Assembly (NCBI RefSeq): GCF_964355755.1
Contig: NC_092673.1
Span: forward strand, 32,547,648-32,611,647
Length of the DNA stretch: 64,000 nucleotides
Direction of reading: 5' to 3'
From: Antedon mediterranea
Lineage: Eukaryota; Animalia; Echinodermata
In this document: in pieces, positions 32,123 through 47,100 of the stretch
Position numbering within the stretch: position 1 is the stretch's first letter
Layout: each line of letters opens with the position of its first letter
Program-made: the position numbers and the translations under genes
The notes under the pieces: generated by a model
Database searches by the model: none
Told to the model about the DNA's origin: nothing
The model's input: only the letters and a program-made list of their open reading frames with translations

Positions 32123-35100
32123 TCAGGGAATCTTCTTTTTACGCATTTTCCTTCTTTTAGTCATTTTACCCCGTTTCTCCGCAACAACGGAAGACAAATC
32201 AGTAATTCCACTCGCATGTTCCGAAACTAGCATTTGTCTTATGTTCATCTTCATGTAGTTAGATGGTCTAGAATTTGTATCAAAGCAATAACACATGTTT
32301 AATAAGGAAGAATGTAATCATTGTAAACAATCATTTCATGCTCTAAATGAATTTTTATTCGTTTTAAAAATATATGTATGTAACATATGTTAATGCTCAT
32401 TTCAATCCTTTAAAAACATGCAAAAATGTAATATTTATTGCTGAAACAAACATCAACTTGCACAATATACAACATTTCATTTACACTTAAAGCTTGGCGA
32501 ATGAATGCTAATGAATTGATAAAACGATATATATTATTAGGGTGAAGTGGGGGAGGGAAGACTGGGGAACAGACAAGGTATATTTAAATGCACAACATTA
32601 TATGATTGTTTAAAACAATGAAGGATTCTTTAGCTCTGTCTACACTATCAAACTTTATGTGATGTCCCCATATATGAACTTGATGTCATATCACTACCAT
32701 ATTTAGGCATATCACTACCATATTTAGGCATATCACCACAATATTTTGGCATTTTTTTTGTCAAACTAAGTGAACATAAAATACCAGATAAAATGTGCAT
32801 TATTATTATTTACAGCCATGTCGATGTTTTATATATTTTATCTTGTGAGAGGTTTAAAACATGACAAATTAATAAAAGAGTAGGAGAAATTTGAATATCA
32901 CTATAATGTGTCAAATATATTGGATGCGGAGCAATCCGATAATGGTAAAAGATGTAATAATCATATCAAAGAACTAAATGGACTGTTTGGTCATCTTACG
33001 AGGACGGATGACAGATGGAAAGGACTACAACAATAGAATGGCACTATGGCTAGATGAAGAGATAGAGAATGGAAAGACAAGATAGAAAACCAGCATAGAC
33101 AAGAAACACCAAAGATGGCAGGATTTGGGAGAGGCTTTGCTATAAATAGGAGTGGGATGATATATTTTATAATTTCATTAAGTTAAATATGTTTTTCTTT
33201 ATTTGAAATAAAATGAATAAATGAAAATACTTCAATACTTAAAGTAAATGTTATTTTTATGGTTTTTTTAAAAAGAAATCAAGAGACATTTAAAAAATAA
33301 ATAAATCTCAGTTATCTTTAAATAATGTGTTTTGAAATTGTGAGTATACAATAGTAAAAAATGAATTGGGTAATATTTTACTCTTCAAACAACCTAGTAT
33401 AATTAAAGCTAATTTAATTCAGTATATGAAATAAATGTTCCCACTTATTTATTGAGTATACAACAGGCAAAATGAATTTCATTTCTAAATTCAAACAACA
33501 ACCTAATAAAATTAAAGCCAATTTATTTCAGAAGACATTTAAAAAGTAAATTTTCCCAGTAAGTTTAAAATAAATTTTATATTTAGTAATTTCATAAATA
33601 TACAAAGCCTATTCAAATAACCCATTACATTATAAAAGCCAATTTATGACCAAAAAAAGAAAGAAAATTGGACAGAATGATCAACAAGTTTCATGTACTG
33701 AAATAATATGGTTTAAATTGCATTACGTATGAAAATAAATTGAGTTAATAGCTTGATGATGTTCACTATTCATTAACCACTACTTTGGATATGCCTTTAG
33801 GACGTAGTACAGGTTATACACACAATCCAATTAGATTTTCTAATACATCTAATTGGATAAAATACTTTAAAAAATAGACTAAGGGTTTATAATTATACTA
33901 ACAAATTGTAACACAGATAATGAACAAAAAAACAATTTAAAAATATTGCAATTTCCAGGAGATGTGATAAGCATTCTAGTTTTGAATTAGATGTAAAAAC
34001 TATCAAAGAGTTGAAATATTAAGTGAGCAAATTAGGTAAGATTATACAAAAATAAATTGAGTTTTTAAAGTTAAGAATTAGTTAGTTAAACTCATTAAAA
34101 GATATTAGATTATTTGACAATCAACCAATCATACAGCCTGTGGATTTTGCATGTCGACTAACTTCTTTTTACTTCATATTGAAAGAGATTATTTAGAGGG
34201 TTAGGTTTAGTTATATTTAGTTAGGCAATGTTTCATGTATTTTTCAGAGAAAATCTTTGGGAAAAAAAAATTATGCGACCAGAACATGATTTTAACCCAA
34301 TATAACGGATAACTACCAATTAGCACTGGATGCATTTCAATAGTGAATAAAAACATCCATAACATGATTATAATTACACCGAGTTGTAAACTCATCGAGT
34401 TTGTTGAACAATATCCAAGCATGTTGATATAATAAAAATAATTAAAATGCCAAGTGATAAATTCAAAAGTATGTTGTATTATTAGCCTACTAATTATTAT
34501 ATTTGATGATAAGTACATCAGTTGTGAGGTTATCAAACAATAATATACCTCTCCTTTATCATGCTTTTAATCTAAAGTATATAATGGCTAATATATCATT
34601 ACCAAGATACCACTCACTTGCACAATTAAGATTAGGTTGTGAAAATTGAGTCTATTAAGAGACGATGTGGTATATTAGATTGATAGATAGGCTTAAAATC
34701 TATTATTACTGATACAATCTTAATTCCAGTGTGTGCATTAAAATGTATTCATCCATTGTACAGCGTTCTAAAAGCTTTAATTAATGAAAGTTTGCAATTA
34801 GATATTTACAACACGCTAGAAAAAACCTTCAAGATAAATTAAATACAATCGTCAGAAATCAACAAGGATAAGAGTTAATTATGGGAAATATGATTCCTTT
34901 TAAAGCTTAATAAATTATATTATACCCATATAATTATGGGCATTGATGATATCATTTCATGACAATATTACCTATACTGTACTACAAAAGGAAAAGAAAT
35001 ACAAGTACTGTGGGTTTGTGGTACACAATGCGATTCATAAAAGTAATGTTGAGAATGTCTTTAATACATTTCTGTACAAAATGCTATACTGTATATAAAC

Positions 35101-38100
35101 GGTAATTACATAAGTAAAGACTACAGGTAAAGTTGAAGAACAGACTCTATTTGTCAATATACATTTTATTCTATTATCCACATCATGCTATATCATATTA
35201 GTGGTAGATTATTGACAATGACATAGCATTCCAAGATTAATTTTAGTTCATTACATGATGAGACCAACATTTAGCTTTAAATAATAATAGGTAATAAAGT
35301 AAGGTTTATTAAAAAAACAATTCATATGGACTTGTGAGGAGCCTCTGAGCAAAATATTGAAAATAAAGTATAGCCATGGAAGTATATACTACCTTTACAT
35401 GGTATAACTTATCTGTAGTTAGTGTTTCTATTAAGGGACCATTTAAAAACTACTCTATTCAGTTACTACAATTTGTTTACTCTTTAAACTTGTTTTATGC
35501 AAATATAGTTAGTGTTTACCGACTGACCAACCAACCTATCGAAATTGCTGAAAATGTTTGAAAACATTTATATTTGCCTATATCCAAGCTTGTTTTGAAA
35601 AGGCTTAAACATGCACACCTATTGCGCTGCTGTATAAACATTGAATCAAACTAATATCAAGTCAAGTCAAGTATCATTTATTTTCATTTGTTTAAAGAAA
35701 AAAACATAGAAATTCTGTTTGCTCTGTTGGCGGAGCACAATATTCAACGGACACAACACGAACTCTAAACGAAAACATTACAAAAAGTGATGATGATGTT
35801 TAAGGCTCTAATAGCTCCTGGAAAGAAACTATTTGTAAATCGTGCCTTATTGGCCTTAATAGAACGAAATCGCAGAGCGCTGCGCATCAACTGGACCATA
35901 CTAGAGGTTAGATGAAATTGATCATCTTTGATAGCCAACTGCCTAAAATGCAGGAACTGCAGTAGAAACATTAGATACGCAGCCAGAAAACTACTGTATA
36001 GGCAACCGGATACAAAGAAAAGACAGTAACAAGACTACTGAGTACCAAATCAGGCCATACTGTACTAAAATAAAACAAAGGAACACAATCAACAAAGTCA
36101 AACTTGAAGACATAATGTACTTCTGCTTAATTTAAAACTGAACAATTGTTTTGTATGACCTAATCTAAAATAATTGAATGTAAATTTTGTGGTTGACAAA
36201 ACTACTTTGTTACTGAAAATTGGAAAGGAAAATGATTGACACCAAGTTGTTTATGACTAATAAAGTAAACTATAAAACAGAAAGCAACAATTTTTAAATA
36301 CTTGACAATAACAACGTTTATACAGATTCAAAGACTGAATTTATTAAAGAAAAAACAACAAAGATGGGTATCAGTGGTTGGATCCCAATTGATACAAAAT
36401 AATATTTAATTCTACAATCACAGGATTGATAAACTAAAACAAGTTTTGTGTGATGGTTAGGAAATAGGAGTTTTACATTTTGGTAGTTACAACCATGGCA
36501 TGTCAGAGTTGAACCAAGGACCTTGCAAAGCAATAATCCACCAACCTACGTCTCCACAAAATGCAAAATTGAAATATAAAAGTGATTAGTCACAAACTAA
36601 TTCCTTTATTTTATTAGAAAATGATAACAAAATATCTAATAATTTCTTATAAGAAAATGAACCCTAAAAAGAAATTTAAAATAAAGAGGATTTAACTCTT
36701 GGAAGAGCTTATTCAGATTTTTTTGGAGGTTGCTAAAGCTCTCTCTGACTATTAGTATCAAACTTTATGTGAACAAAAAAATGTGATGTGTTCATATATG
36801 GACATGATGTAAAATAAGAGAGGAGGTAAGAAATAGTATGTAGCACAAGCATTAGAAACTACTCAGAAAAGAGCAGCTATGTGATACAGAGAGTGCCTTC
36901 AATGGGAGATAAGAAACAGTATGTAGCACAAACATTAGAAACTACTAAGAAAAGAGCAGCTATGTGATACAGAGAGTGCCTTCAATGGGAGATAAGAAAC
37001 AGTATGTAGCACAAACATTAGAAACTACTAAGAAAAGAGCAGCTATGTGATACAGAGAGTGCCTTCAATGGGAGATAAGAAACAGTATGTAGCACAAGCA
37101 TTAGAAACTACTAAGAAAAGAGCAGCTATGTGATACAGAGAGTGCCTTCAATGGGAGATAAGAAACAGTATGTAGCACAAACATTAGAAACTACTAAGAA
37201 AAGAGCAGCTATGTGATACAGAGAGTGCCTTCAATGGGAGATAAGAAACAGTATGTAGCACAAACATTAGAAACTACTAAGAAAAGAGCAGCTATGTGAT
37301 ACAGAGAGTGCCTTCAATGGGAGATAAGAAACAGTATGTAGCACAAGCATTAGAAAAAAACTCAGAAAACAGCAGCTATGCAATGCAGAGAGTGCCTTCA
37401 AAGGGAACCCATAAGCATTTACTACTATTCTAAACATTTTAAATCAAAGTCTGTTTGTCTAGAGGGTGGGAACGAGGGTGTTATGAAGAAAGATTGGGTT
37501 TAGGAGGTATAGAGAGAGGTTTAACATTCAAATACCAGGCTATTGAACTAAAGGTACTGTAGTTTAAACTTCTTATATTTTTTAGGACTTTTGTTGACTT
37601 TACTTCCTGCCGATAAAATAAACAATTTCAAATGTTGACAATTTGCAGTAATTTCCGAGTGAAGACAAAAATTCCAGAAAGTGTGAAATACTGAAATACC
37701 ATTTTCTTGATGAATTACAGACGCTTACATTTAATTAAAGAATCTGAATCGATTTAACTATATAGAAGTTATTCTAATTTACCACCAACTAGAGACAAAA
37801 CAAGTAAAAAATATTAAAGAATAGTTGTTTTTGCAAGTAATCAACATGGCTCACTAGCTCAGAAAACGACTTAAAACCATCTGTAAAGCATCTGGGACAA
37901 AAACACAACAGGGGTACACCAAAAAATAATTTGACTTCTTTTCAATAAGAACAAACGAGAAAGGAAATTATCTTTTCAACAACATTTGGCTCAATTTTGC
38001 AGACAATCAGACCATGATAAGTTTCTGAATGCTGGTTTAGTGAACAAACTTATTAGAATGGAAACCGCATTTTGATTGGGTAGTGAAGGGTAAAAATCTG

Positions 38101-41100
38101 ACCAATCAGGCGTGCCTAATGGCTATATTAGTTTCAGACTTCTTTCAGGACAGAAATGGAACATGTTTTCATTTGTTAATGTTACGTACTTTTAAATTCT
38201 TTATATATTCATACTTATTTTTTTTTTTTTAAGATTAGTATTGTATCGATCTAAAAATGATAAGTCTATGAAATAATTTAAATGGAACTTTCACAAGAAG
38301 TTAGAAATCCATACGACATACATTTTTTGTCAAATTACTTCTAATTATGCACTTTTTATCCTATTTATTGTATATTTATGTCATATTGTGTATCCTACTA
38401 TTATAAAGAGAAACTCTATTAACTAGGTAACTAGGTTTCATCTGAATTGTCTACTGTCTAACATTATGATTGCTTGCTTTGTTGTCATTATGGGCACAAA
38501 CAGAGCATTATACTGCACAGCATACCGTATGCACACTTCTATTCTATTATACCTAAAACTCATACCATTTGTTAATGTTAGGTTTCTTTCTGCCCTTATA
38601 TAGGACAAAATAGGGTCAAAGTACATTGATTGGTAATTCTTGAAACTAGTAAACTATTTTTTATTAAAACCAAGTAATAAAATATACTGGCATTCCAAGA
38701 TGTACATTCTTTACGTTTGCAAATTCAAATAAAACAAACTATTCTTGTAACATTCTTAATTGTAAGTTCTACATCATAATATTTATAATTCATTCTTTTT
38801 CAAAACTATAAACAACTTTTTTAAATTATTATAACTGCATTAAAACAGTCTGAAGGAAAGAAACTGTAACTTCTAAATCATTGGTACGAATCATTAATCA
38901 CATTATATCTATTAGACAGGAGAATATCTCCGAAAAAAATTCCTCTGTGTATTTAAGAGATCCTGTAGGCGCCAAACGTAACGATAACAGTAGTTAATCA
39001 AATAGCGATGTACACTTATTAGAAGCGAGATAACAATAAAAGAACAATGAATAAATAATACAACTTGTAGCTACTACTGTCATCATTGTGACGGCTTGTT
39101 CGCCGTGGGACGCATGTAACGCTCGATAATTAACCTTAACTGCAGCCTTTTTCTTACTTTATTTTTTCCTTTTATCTAATAAGGTAATATAATTAAATGA
39201 TTACAAACTAGTAATTTGTAGATACCCTCAAGTAATTTGCGAAATGGTTTTAAGTAGTGGTTGGAATGACATTTTACAGTACAATACGACACAGAGCATG
39301 AAATGCATTATGTCCCCAGGGAGCTTTAGATTTACTAGTGTTATCAAATTAGTAGAATTGGCAAGTAAAACATCACATTATAAGCTTTTCTATTGTGTCC
39401 AGAAAACAAATTAGAATAATGGATTTGATTATCATCAGATGAGTTATCAAAATGACAAGGAATAACAGAGCAGCGTTATTACGGACATATTGTATGGGAG
39501 AGTATGAATAAAGTATTAAGAGATAATCATCAGCCCCAGGAGCTTAAATGGAGACTGTGTTTGAATGGGTGCATATTTGAATGACTTATTCATTACAATA
39601 GCTTACTCAAGTACGTAATCGTGTATAAAGAGCGCTGCGCCATACACGCCCGACGTCCAAATGAACACACTTATCTACCGTAATTAACGCATTCGACTCG
39701 GTAATGAGACATTAGCGTAATGAAAGTGTTCTTGGCTTGGTTCTATAATTGGCAAATTGCCTGGGTTTTTGATCTTCGAAAAACCCTAATTTCTAATAAA
39801 TAGCGTTGCGGAATAAGTTAAAAAACTCAACCTGCTTGGGTGTACATCGCGCGGTTATTTAATTTACGTTAATGAAAGGAAATGTTGGCGCCACAAATTG
39901 CAAACAAGAAACGACGTATCCGAATCGTTAACGGAAGTTATTAAATAAGCGTTTGTTTAAGAATCCTTGGGAATTGGAAGGAGGATTGATCAGAAATCTT
40001 AAACAAAATGGGAACGTACACTAGCTATTATGTTCAGTATGATTTACAGTATTATACAATAATTTTATTACATAATAAAATATATAACACACACAAGAGG
40101 AAACGTATATGATTATGTTCAGGTATACAATAAACATATCTATGATTAAAGTCTTTGTTTTATTTCTTTCCAACATCGATATTATTATACAAAGTAATTG
40201 AATTATCACATAGTGGAAAATAAAAATATGATCGGATTCTTGAAAATTGATCGACTGACAGTTGAAACCTCAAAATGTGTTTTGTTTCTTTAGAAAGTAA
40301 TCTGTTCTTATTTAAAGTGATTTAAAACAATTTTTTTGAAAGTAGTTTTAAATGAAATAAAATGCAGAAAAATTTATTGACATTCATTGTTTTAGAGTAT
40401 CTACTTGCTTTGCATAACAATTTTCATACGATACAAAAAATGCCTTTTGTGTTTTTTTTTCGAAATCTTCTCACTCTAGGATGGATACTGTATTTTCTAT
40501 CTTAGAGTGAAAAGATTTTGAAAAAATGCAATATATGCAATTAGTAGGACCTTGGATGTGGAGTACAAATCACAAATATTCAAAGGGCAATAGGTATTTG
40601 AACATCACAAAAATACTGATTTGATTTCAAATTTAATGATAAAACAGAAAAGAAAATGCATGGTTGAAACCTATTTTGTAAACAATCATGTTGAAAAACA
40701 TATTTACACATGAATCCATTTATGCAATTATACAAATTTGTTTCTTTTTGTTTATAGGTCTTGCGTGACAAGAAATCTCTTCTTGCAAGATCCTCTATTA
40801 ATGGTATTTTTGTTTTGTTTCATTATAATTACCACTCTTTTTATTGTATTGCTTTACCATTGATAGAAACTAATAAATATTGAATTATTATTATTATAGT
40901 TTTATGTAGGTACAGTAGGTAAATGGAAAGGGTGGGTTGGTTTGGATTAATACTTGTCTGACACTTTGATGCTTTTTTTGAAACTTGTTTCTTGCTACAA
41001 TGACTTTTCCACATCAATCTATGCTTTATATATTTTTCTTGCTTAAAAAATGATTCAAAATTTTCTTGCATTTACATTGTGAAACACAAATTTGTGTACA

Positions 41101-44100
41101 ACAAAGGTGACATGAAAATTGCGTTTATGTGTGGTTCAGCAATAAAACTTATATGCTCAACATGTCATACATTTTCATGGCTTTCAATCCGCACAATGGA
41201 TTTAATTAAAATGTGCTAATACAATATATATGTGTTCCTGTGTACCATTTCATGTTTAAAATCAGATATTATAATTATTTTGTTTCTTTGTGCTATCCTA
41301 TGACATGCAGTAAAACTTTCAAAAAATAAAGCAAGACGTTTCGCTGTGCAGTAACTCGCTTACTCTACAATGGATATCTCCATGCGAGTTGTCGAATAGA
41401 GAATGGGAAATTTTTCTCATTTAGTATATCAAACAAAATACACATTTCAACAATATTTGGCTAAAAAAGACAGGACATGACATTTTGTTTACAATTAATC
41501 ACCTTATAAACATAATGTCCCTATATATATATATTTTGTACATTTTTACCGTACAAGTTGTACCTATAATAGAACATACCAAGAAGTTGGAAAGACAGAC
41601 TGATCAACTTAACTCGCTGACCAATGCTGCTTTGTAGTAACAATGATCATTGTTACTCTAATGTACATGCGGCGGCGCGTGTGAAAATGGTATTTTATGT
41701 TGAACATTTATTTTGCCAATGCCTTGTTACATTGGAACTAGAGTGCAAACTAAGTACATGAAAGGTAGGACACTGAAATGAAGTAAAAAATACATTCATG
41801 ATAGTAGAAATAAAATAAATACTTACTTTTAACAAAATAAATACTCACTTTTTTTTCTTTAACTCCGTGGCTTGTTTATGTCTCTGTTTCTGTATATTGC
41901 TACCAATGGTGGTCGGTGTAACTCGAAGGCCAAAGCTTTTTGCTACGTGACCCAAGTGGAGATTTTTCACATGGAATATGTGTTTTAAATAAGATGGATA
42001 CGTGGCATAGGCACGTATGAAGGATTGGTACGCTGGAAATTAAAAACAAATTATTGGTATAATTTATTATTACAAATATGTTGATTTGTGATTAGTAAAA
42101 TTAATAAGAGTAAATATATTACATAGATGAAATAAATTAAAGGAGGAAGTGAGCAAGGGGAGGAGAGAATGAGCCATGGGAAGAGGAAAGAGGAGGAAGT
42201 GAAAAATAGGAGATAGACCTGGATGAAAGAAAGAGATGGATTGATTGATAGATGAATAAAGAGATGAATGAAATGAATGAATAGGTTGATGAAGGAAATA
42301 CCAAAAATGAATGCATTGAATTATTTATGGTTTAATGCATATTTTTATGAACATGAAGTATAATTAAATGAATGAATAAATTATTTGAAGATGCATAGCA
42401 CAATAACTGAAATAACATATCCTGAAAGGAAAAAAAAAGACCAACCTGTCTTAGCAAGTTGCTGATTATCATTCTTCTTCAGTACATAATTCTCCATATG
42501 TAATTGCAACGATGACGCAGCTTCTTCCCACGTATGATGCACCCTTTTGCGCTGCTTGCTTGAAAAGTCATAGCTTAATAGAGTATTTAGTATATCTTTT
42601 ACAGCCATCTCCTTTAAACTAAAGAAAAAACAAATTGTAAAAACATTTTATAAAGTTGAGATTTTACAAATATGGCCAGGGAGTAAAGTAAACAATGATA
42701 AATTTGTAAACGAATCAAATAAATGGGTTTATAAATGAATAACTACAGTAAGAAGAGCAAGCTAAGGGCAAGAAGCACCTGCCACTTATGTCCCTAGGCT
42801 GGCAGGAGCAGCATTTCAGTAAGTTAAGGTTTTTATAGCTTGTTGACTCAATAATTTCCAAATATCTGCTAACCTTATTTTCTGCTTTGATAAGATTTCA
42901 ACGTATCCCGCTTCGGCTGGTGTTAAGAAGAGAATGGATTGGCCTTCTTTGCCGATTCTAGCGGTTCTACCAACACGGTGAATGTACACTTCTGGTGTCT
43001 CTGGAGTATTATATTGCACTATCCAGTTAACTTGAGGCAGATCAAGCCCCCTTGCAGCTACATCCTACAAATACAAAAATACAAACATTTATTACCTATA
43101 AAATTGAATCTATTAAAAGTTATAGTAGCATTTCATCAGAGATAGGATGTGAGCGAGTCAAGTAGCTGAGCGGTTAAGGTAGGGGCGCCATTTACTGTAC
43201 CTAAAAAGCCAACAATATCGGCATGGCTTAGAGGCCGTGTTGCTTATAGTTTTGGTGGTCTTCTCAGATAATCAGATGCACTTTAAAGAACCCAGTTAAT
43301 TATTATTACGAGTATGGGGTTGGAGAATTGCTTCACAAAATTGTCCCTGTTCATTAATTATGTATTATTGGTACTCCTTGGCTACATGTGCATAAATACA
43401 TAAATTAAATATAGCTGTTCCACTATACCTGTTTGAAAGTTTACACCTAATCAGGTCGGTAGGTAATTTGCATTTCAAGGCAGTTTGATTTTTAGGAAAT
43501 TTGACCAAAAAGTATTAACAAGACTTACTGTGCATAATAGAACACCAGATTGTACTAAGCAGAATTCTTGGTAAATGCTTGTTCTTTCCTGGAAAACCAA
43601 AAACATATATGCTTTAGATAATCATATTAACTACATGATAGGAAATGTAGGCCTATACTGTAGATAGTATGATATTTTTATTTATTTTATTTCACACGCA
43701 TCTAACAACTATTTAATAATTTATCGTGCTTATAAAACTATATCTCATTTGAGGCTTAGGGAGTGGAGTTGAAAGAGTTGTGAGTTACAACCCTGGCACT
43801 AGGTCAGACTTATTTAAGGTATTGGGTGGGGGGAGAGAAGGTATAGTACATGGGGAGAGGGCCTATATAGTATATGGTGTGAGACTAATAGTACACTTTA
43901 TACAGCACATAGACATTTTAGACTGATTAGTAATAATGCTTGATACACCAATCCCCATTACTGTAGATGACTGACAAGGCCTACATACAGAAACGCAATT
44001 ATGTGTATATAATGTATCTAAGCTCTAATAATACTCCATAATAATGCCAATATCATTATATAATTATAGTCTTTCTTTTCTGTGTAAACATCATATTGTT

Positions 44101-47100
44101 TACAATTTGGTAACAGTAACCCTTGGCCCAGTTTTAAATGAAATAACAGACCATAGATCCTGTTCCTTCAGGCTAAATATTTGTGTCGTCAACTTATTAA
44201 GAAAAACGACAGAAGAGGCGTTGCAACTCATTTCATGTTTAATTAAGGATGTTGTAACGAACCATGAACAATTTATCTACAACTTTAAATATAATATTTT
44301 TAAAAAACACAAAATTATATAATCATATTATAATTTCTGGCTTTCCTAAATATTGAAAAACATTGTTTATAAGTATAATAAATGTAATAGTATAGTATAC
44401 AAGTTTTCAAATAAAGTTTTATTTGCTTATACCCAGAAACAAAATAAGTTATACATAAAAAATTTAATTACCAATTAATCTATTATGAATTCAAATTCTT
44501 AAAAAATGGCTCAGTTTTTGACAAAATGTTTTGTTTTATTTTTCGAAACGTAATAACTTAAAATATGAGAATTATCATTTCATTGAGTGACATCTTTAAA
44601 AATATTTACATTTAATCTATTAGCAATCCTGATGAAATTATTTACTTGTGTGTTCTGATAAAATGTTATGGTGTCCAAATTATTAATTTAAAAAAAAAGA
44701 ATTTATAACATTTTGAAAGTAATAAATTGAAGCATTGTTGTTTTGCAAAATATAAAACAAAGTTGATCATGTCCGTTTTGAAATGCTTCCAGGCGCTTTA
44801 TTATAATCTGGCGACAATGTTTTATCACATCAGTGAGGCATTAACAAAAACGTCTATCACAATTTATCATGAGTTTTTGGTTGAAAATGTTTCTTTTATC
44901 ATGAGACACAATAAACACATTATGAAGAAGAATGCAAAATTGAAAACTAGGGCTCTTCCACTATATGATGTTCCAGGTAGAAAGAATTATCATCCAATCA
45001 AATTTATACATTACACTATCAGTGTATCTAGCAGAAAAGTTTAAGTTTGACTGTAGGTTGTTGTTTGAAATTGGATGATCTAGGATTTTCAAATTGGGGA
45101 TAGAAAAAACAGGAATGGAAAAGTGGGGATGGGGAAAATTATGAATGGGATGTCCGGGACAGGGAAAACAGGAATAGGAAAGTGGGGACAAGGAAAATTC
45201 TGAATGGGAAGTCTGGGACAGGGAAAACAAGAATGGGAAAGTGGAGATGAGGAAAATTATGAATGAAAGTCTGGGACAGGGGATAATAGAAATTGGAAAG
45301 GGAAAAAATATGAATCCGAAAGTGGGGACATGGGAAAGTGGAGTAAAATAAAAATGGTTAAGTGGGGATGGGGAAACGGAGTACTGTACAAGGAAAGTGG
45401 GGACGAAATTGTATTATTTATTATTTCAGTCACTTTAGAGTTACTTCTCTTTACTTTAAAAACATTAATATTTCATAATAAAACAAAAATATCACCTCTT
45501 GCGACATGTTTCCGTGAAGTTTATAGAAAGTTATCTTGTCATCATCATCTTCTTCTTCCCTCGTTTCTCCTAATATTTCATTGACTTCATCGATTTCTGT
45601 TTTCTCTTCTCGTTTATTGAGGATGCAATCCAAAAGAGCATGATGAAATTCAACCGAATCTCGACTTGATAAAAAAACTACAACTTTTGATTTCTGAGAA
45701 ACCTACATTTTGAAGAAAAATAAAAACAAAACGAAATAAAAGAATAAAGTATATTATGACAGAACTAGAAACTATAATGTAAATGCAAGATTTATAAAAG
45801 TCCTCTTAACTTAAAAAACAAAAAATAGAAATAAGTCCATATCAAAAACGTATTGTAAACTAAATTAAGGAATAAGAGTTGAAAATGCAAAACTTGGTAA
45901 TCATTATTGACAAAGGGTTATTATAGCCTGGTTTAACTTAAGAAATGATTATGATGAGGTATTTGTGGTATATCAAACATTGAAAGAGATAATGAAAAAA
46001 GAGAATGACGATTGAGATAATGTGACGTCCTCAAACGTCTTTGGTTTTTCTTTTTGTTTCGTTCTGTTGAGTGTAATGTTTTTGATAAAAGGAGAAAATA
46101 AAAGTTTTTGAAAAAAAAACAAAAAAAAAACTGTAATGTTAACAATTTTTCATTGAAAAAATGAAACTAGTTAGTTTCTAATATTGGTAGAATAAAATGA
46201 AATTAATAGAACTTTTAGCAAAATTGTGGTTGTTTTTTTAATAAAAAAATTGGAATTGAATCAACTATCTATTGTTTAAAGTTCAATAAACTGTAAAATT
46301 AGTTAGATAATAGAGACATATTATTTGAAAATAAGCCAACAGCCATAACGCAATAAACACAGACAATTGACAATTTTCTGCTAACAATTATTAACAATTT
46401 AAAAATTGTTGTTTCTGACACACAAGTTTGCAAAAAACAGAATAAAAAAATATATATATTATTCTTTCTATTTTTCCCTCTTTTTGGATACTTTTAATTT
46501 ACAATTATATCTAAATAGATGATCATAAGATTATTTTGGCAAAATGGTAAATTGCATAAGATTAAAAAAATTAAAAAAAAGATAACAGAGAGGGCGCCAA
46601 ACTCATTAAATAACAATTTTACGAAAATGTTAAATTAATTTTTATAAATTTGTTTACATTATATTGAATACTACATTGTTGTACCTTGGATACTTTAATC
46701 GCAAATTGATGTTTTAAAATAATTAAATTTATATAAACTATTATTATAATTATTTTACAAGAAGTAGTCATACTTAAAGAAAATTAATATAATGATTTAA
46801 ATTTGTTTCAAGTGCGGTATTTATTAACACACATTTCTCATGAAAATATGAATTATAAAAAAAATTGATACTAAGATACATAACAAAACTTATGGATTTA
46901 AAAAAAAATTTTTTTTCTTTCTATCAAAAATATTATCATTTATCACTATGGAGAATCTTTTTATATTATTGAGGAAAAATAAATTCTTTAAATTTGTTTT
47001 CTCTAAGATTAACAAGAACGGTTTGTTTCTTATAGTTTAGTAGAGCCAAGAGTGGTACTTCAAGTTAAGGGTGATGTTAGCTGGCTCCTACGAGAGCTGT

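Noticed and set aside
36823-37405. Possible CRISPR array
   Set aside because: Units are identical end to end, with no variable spacers.
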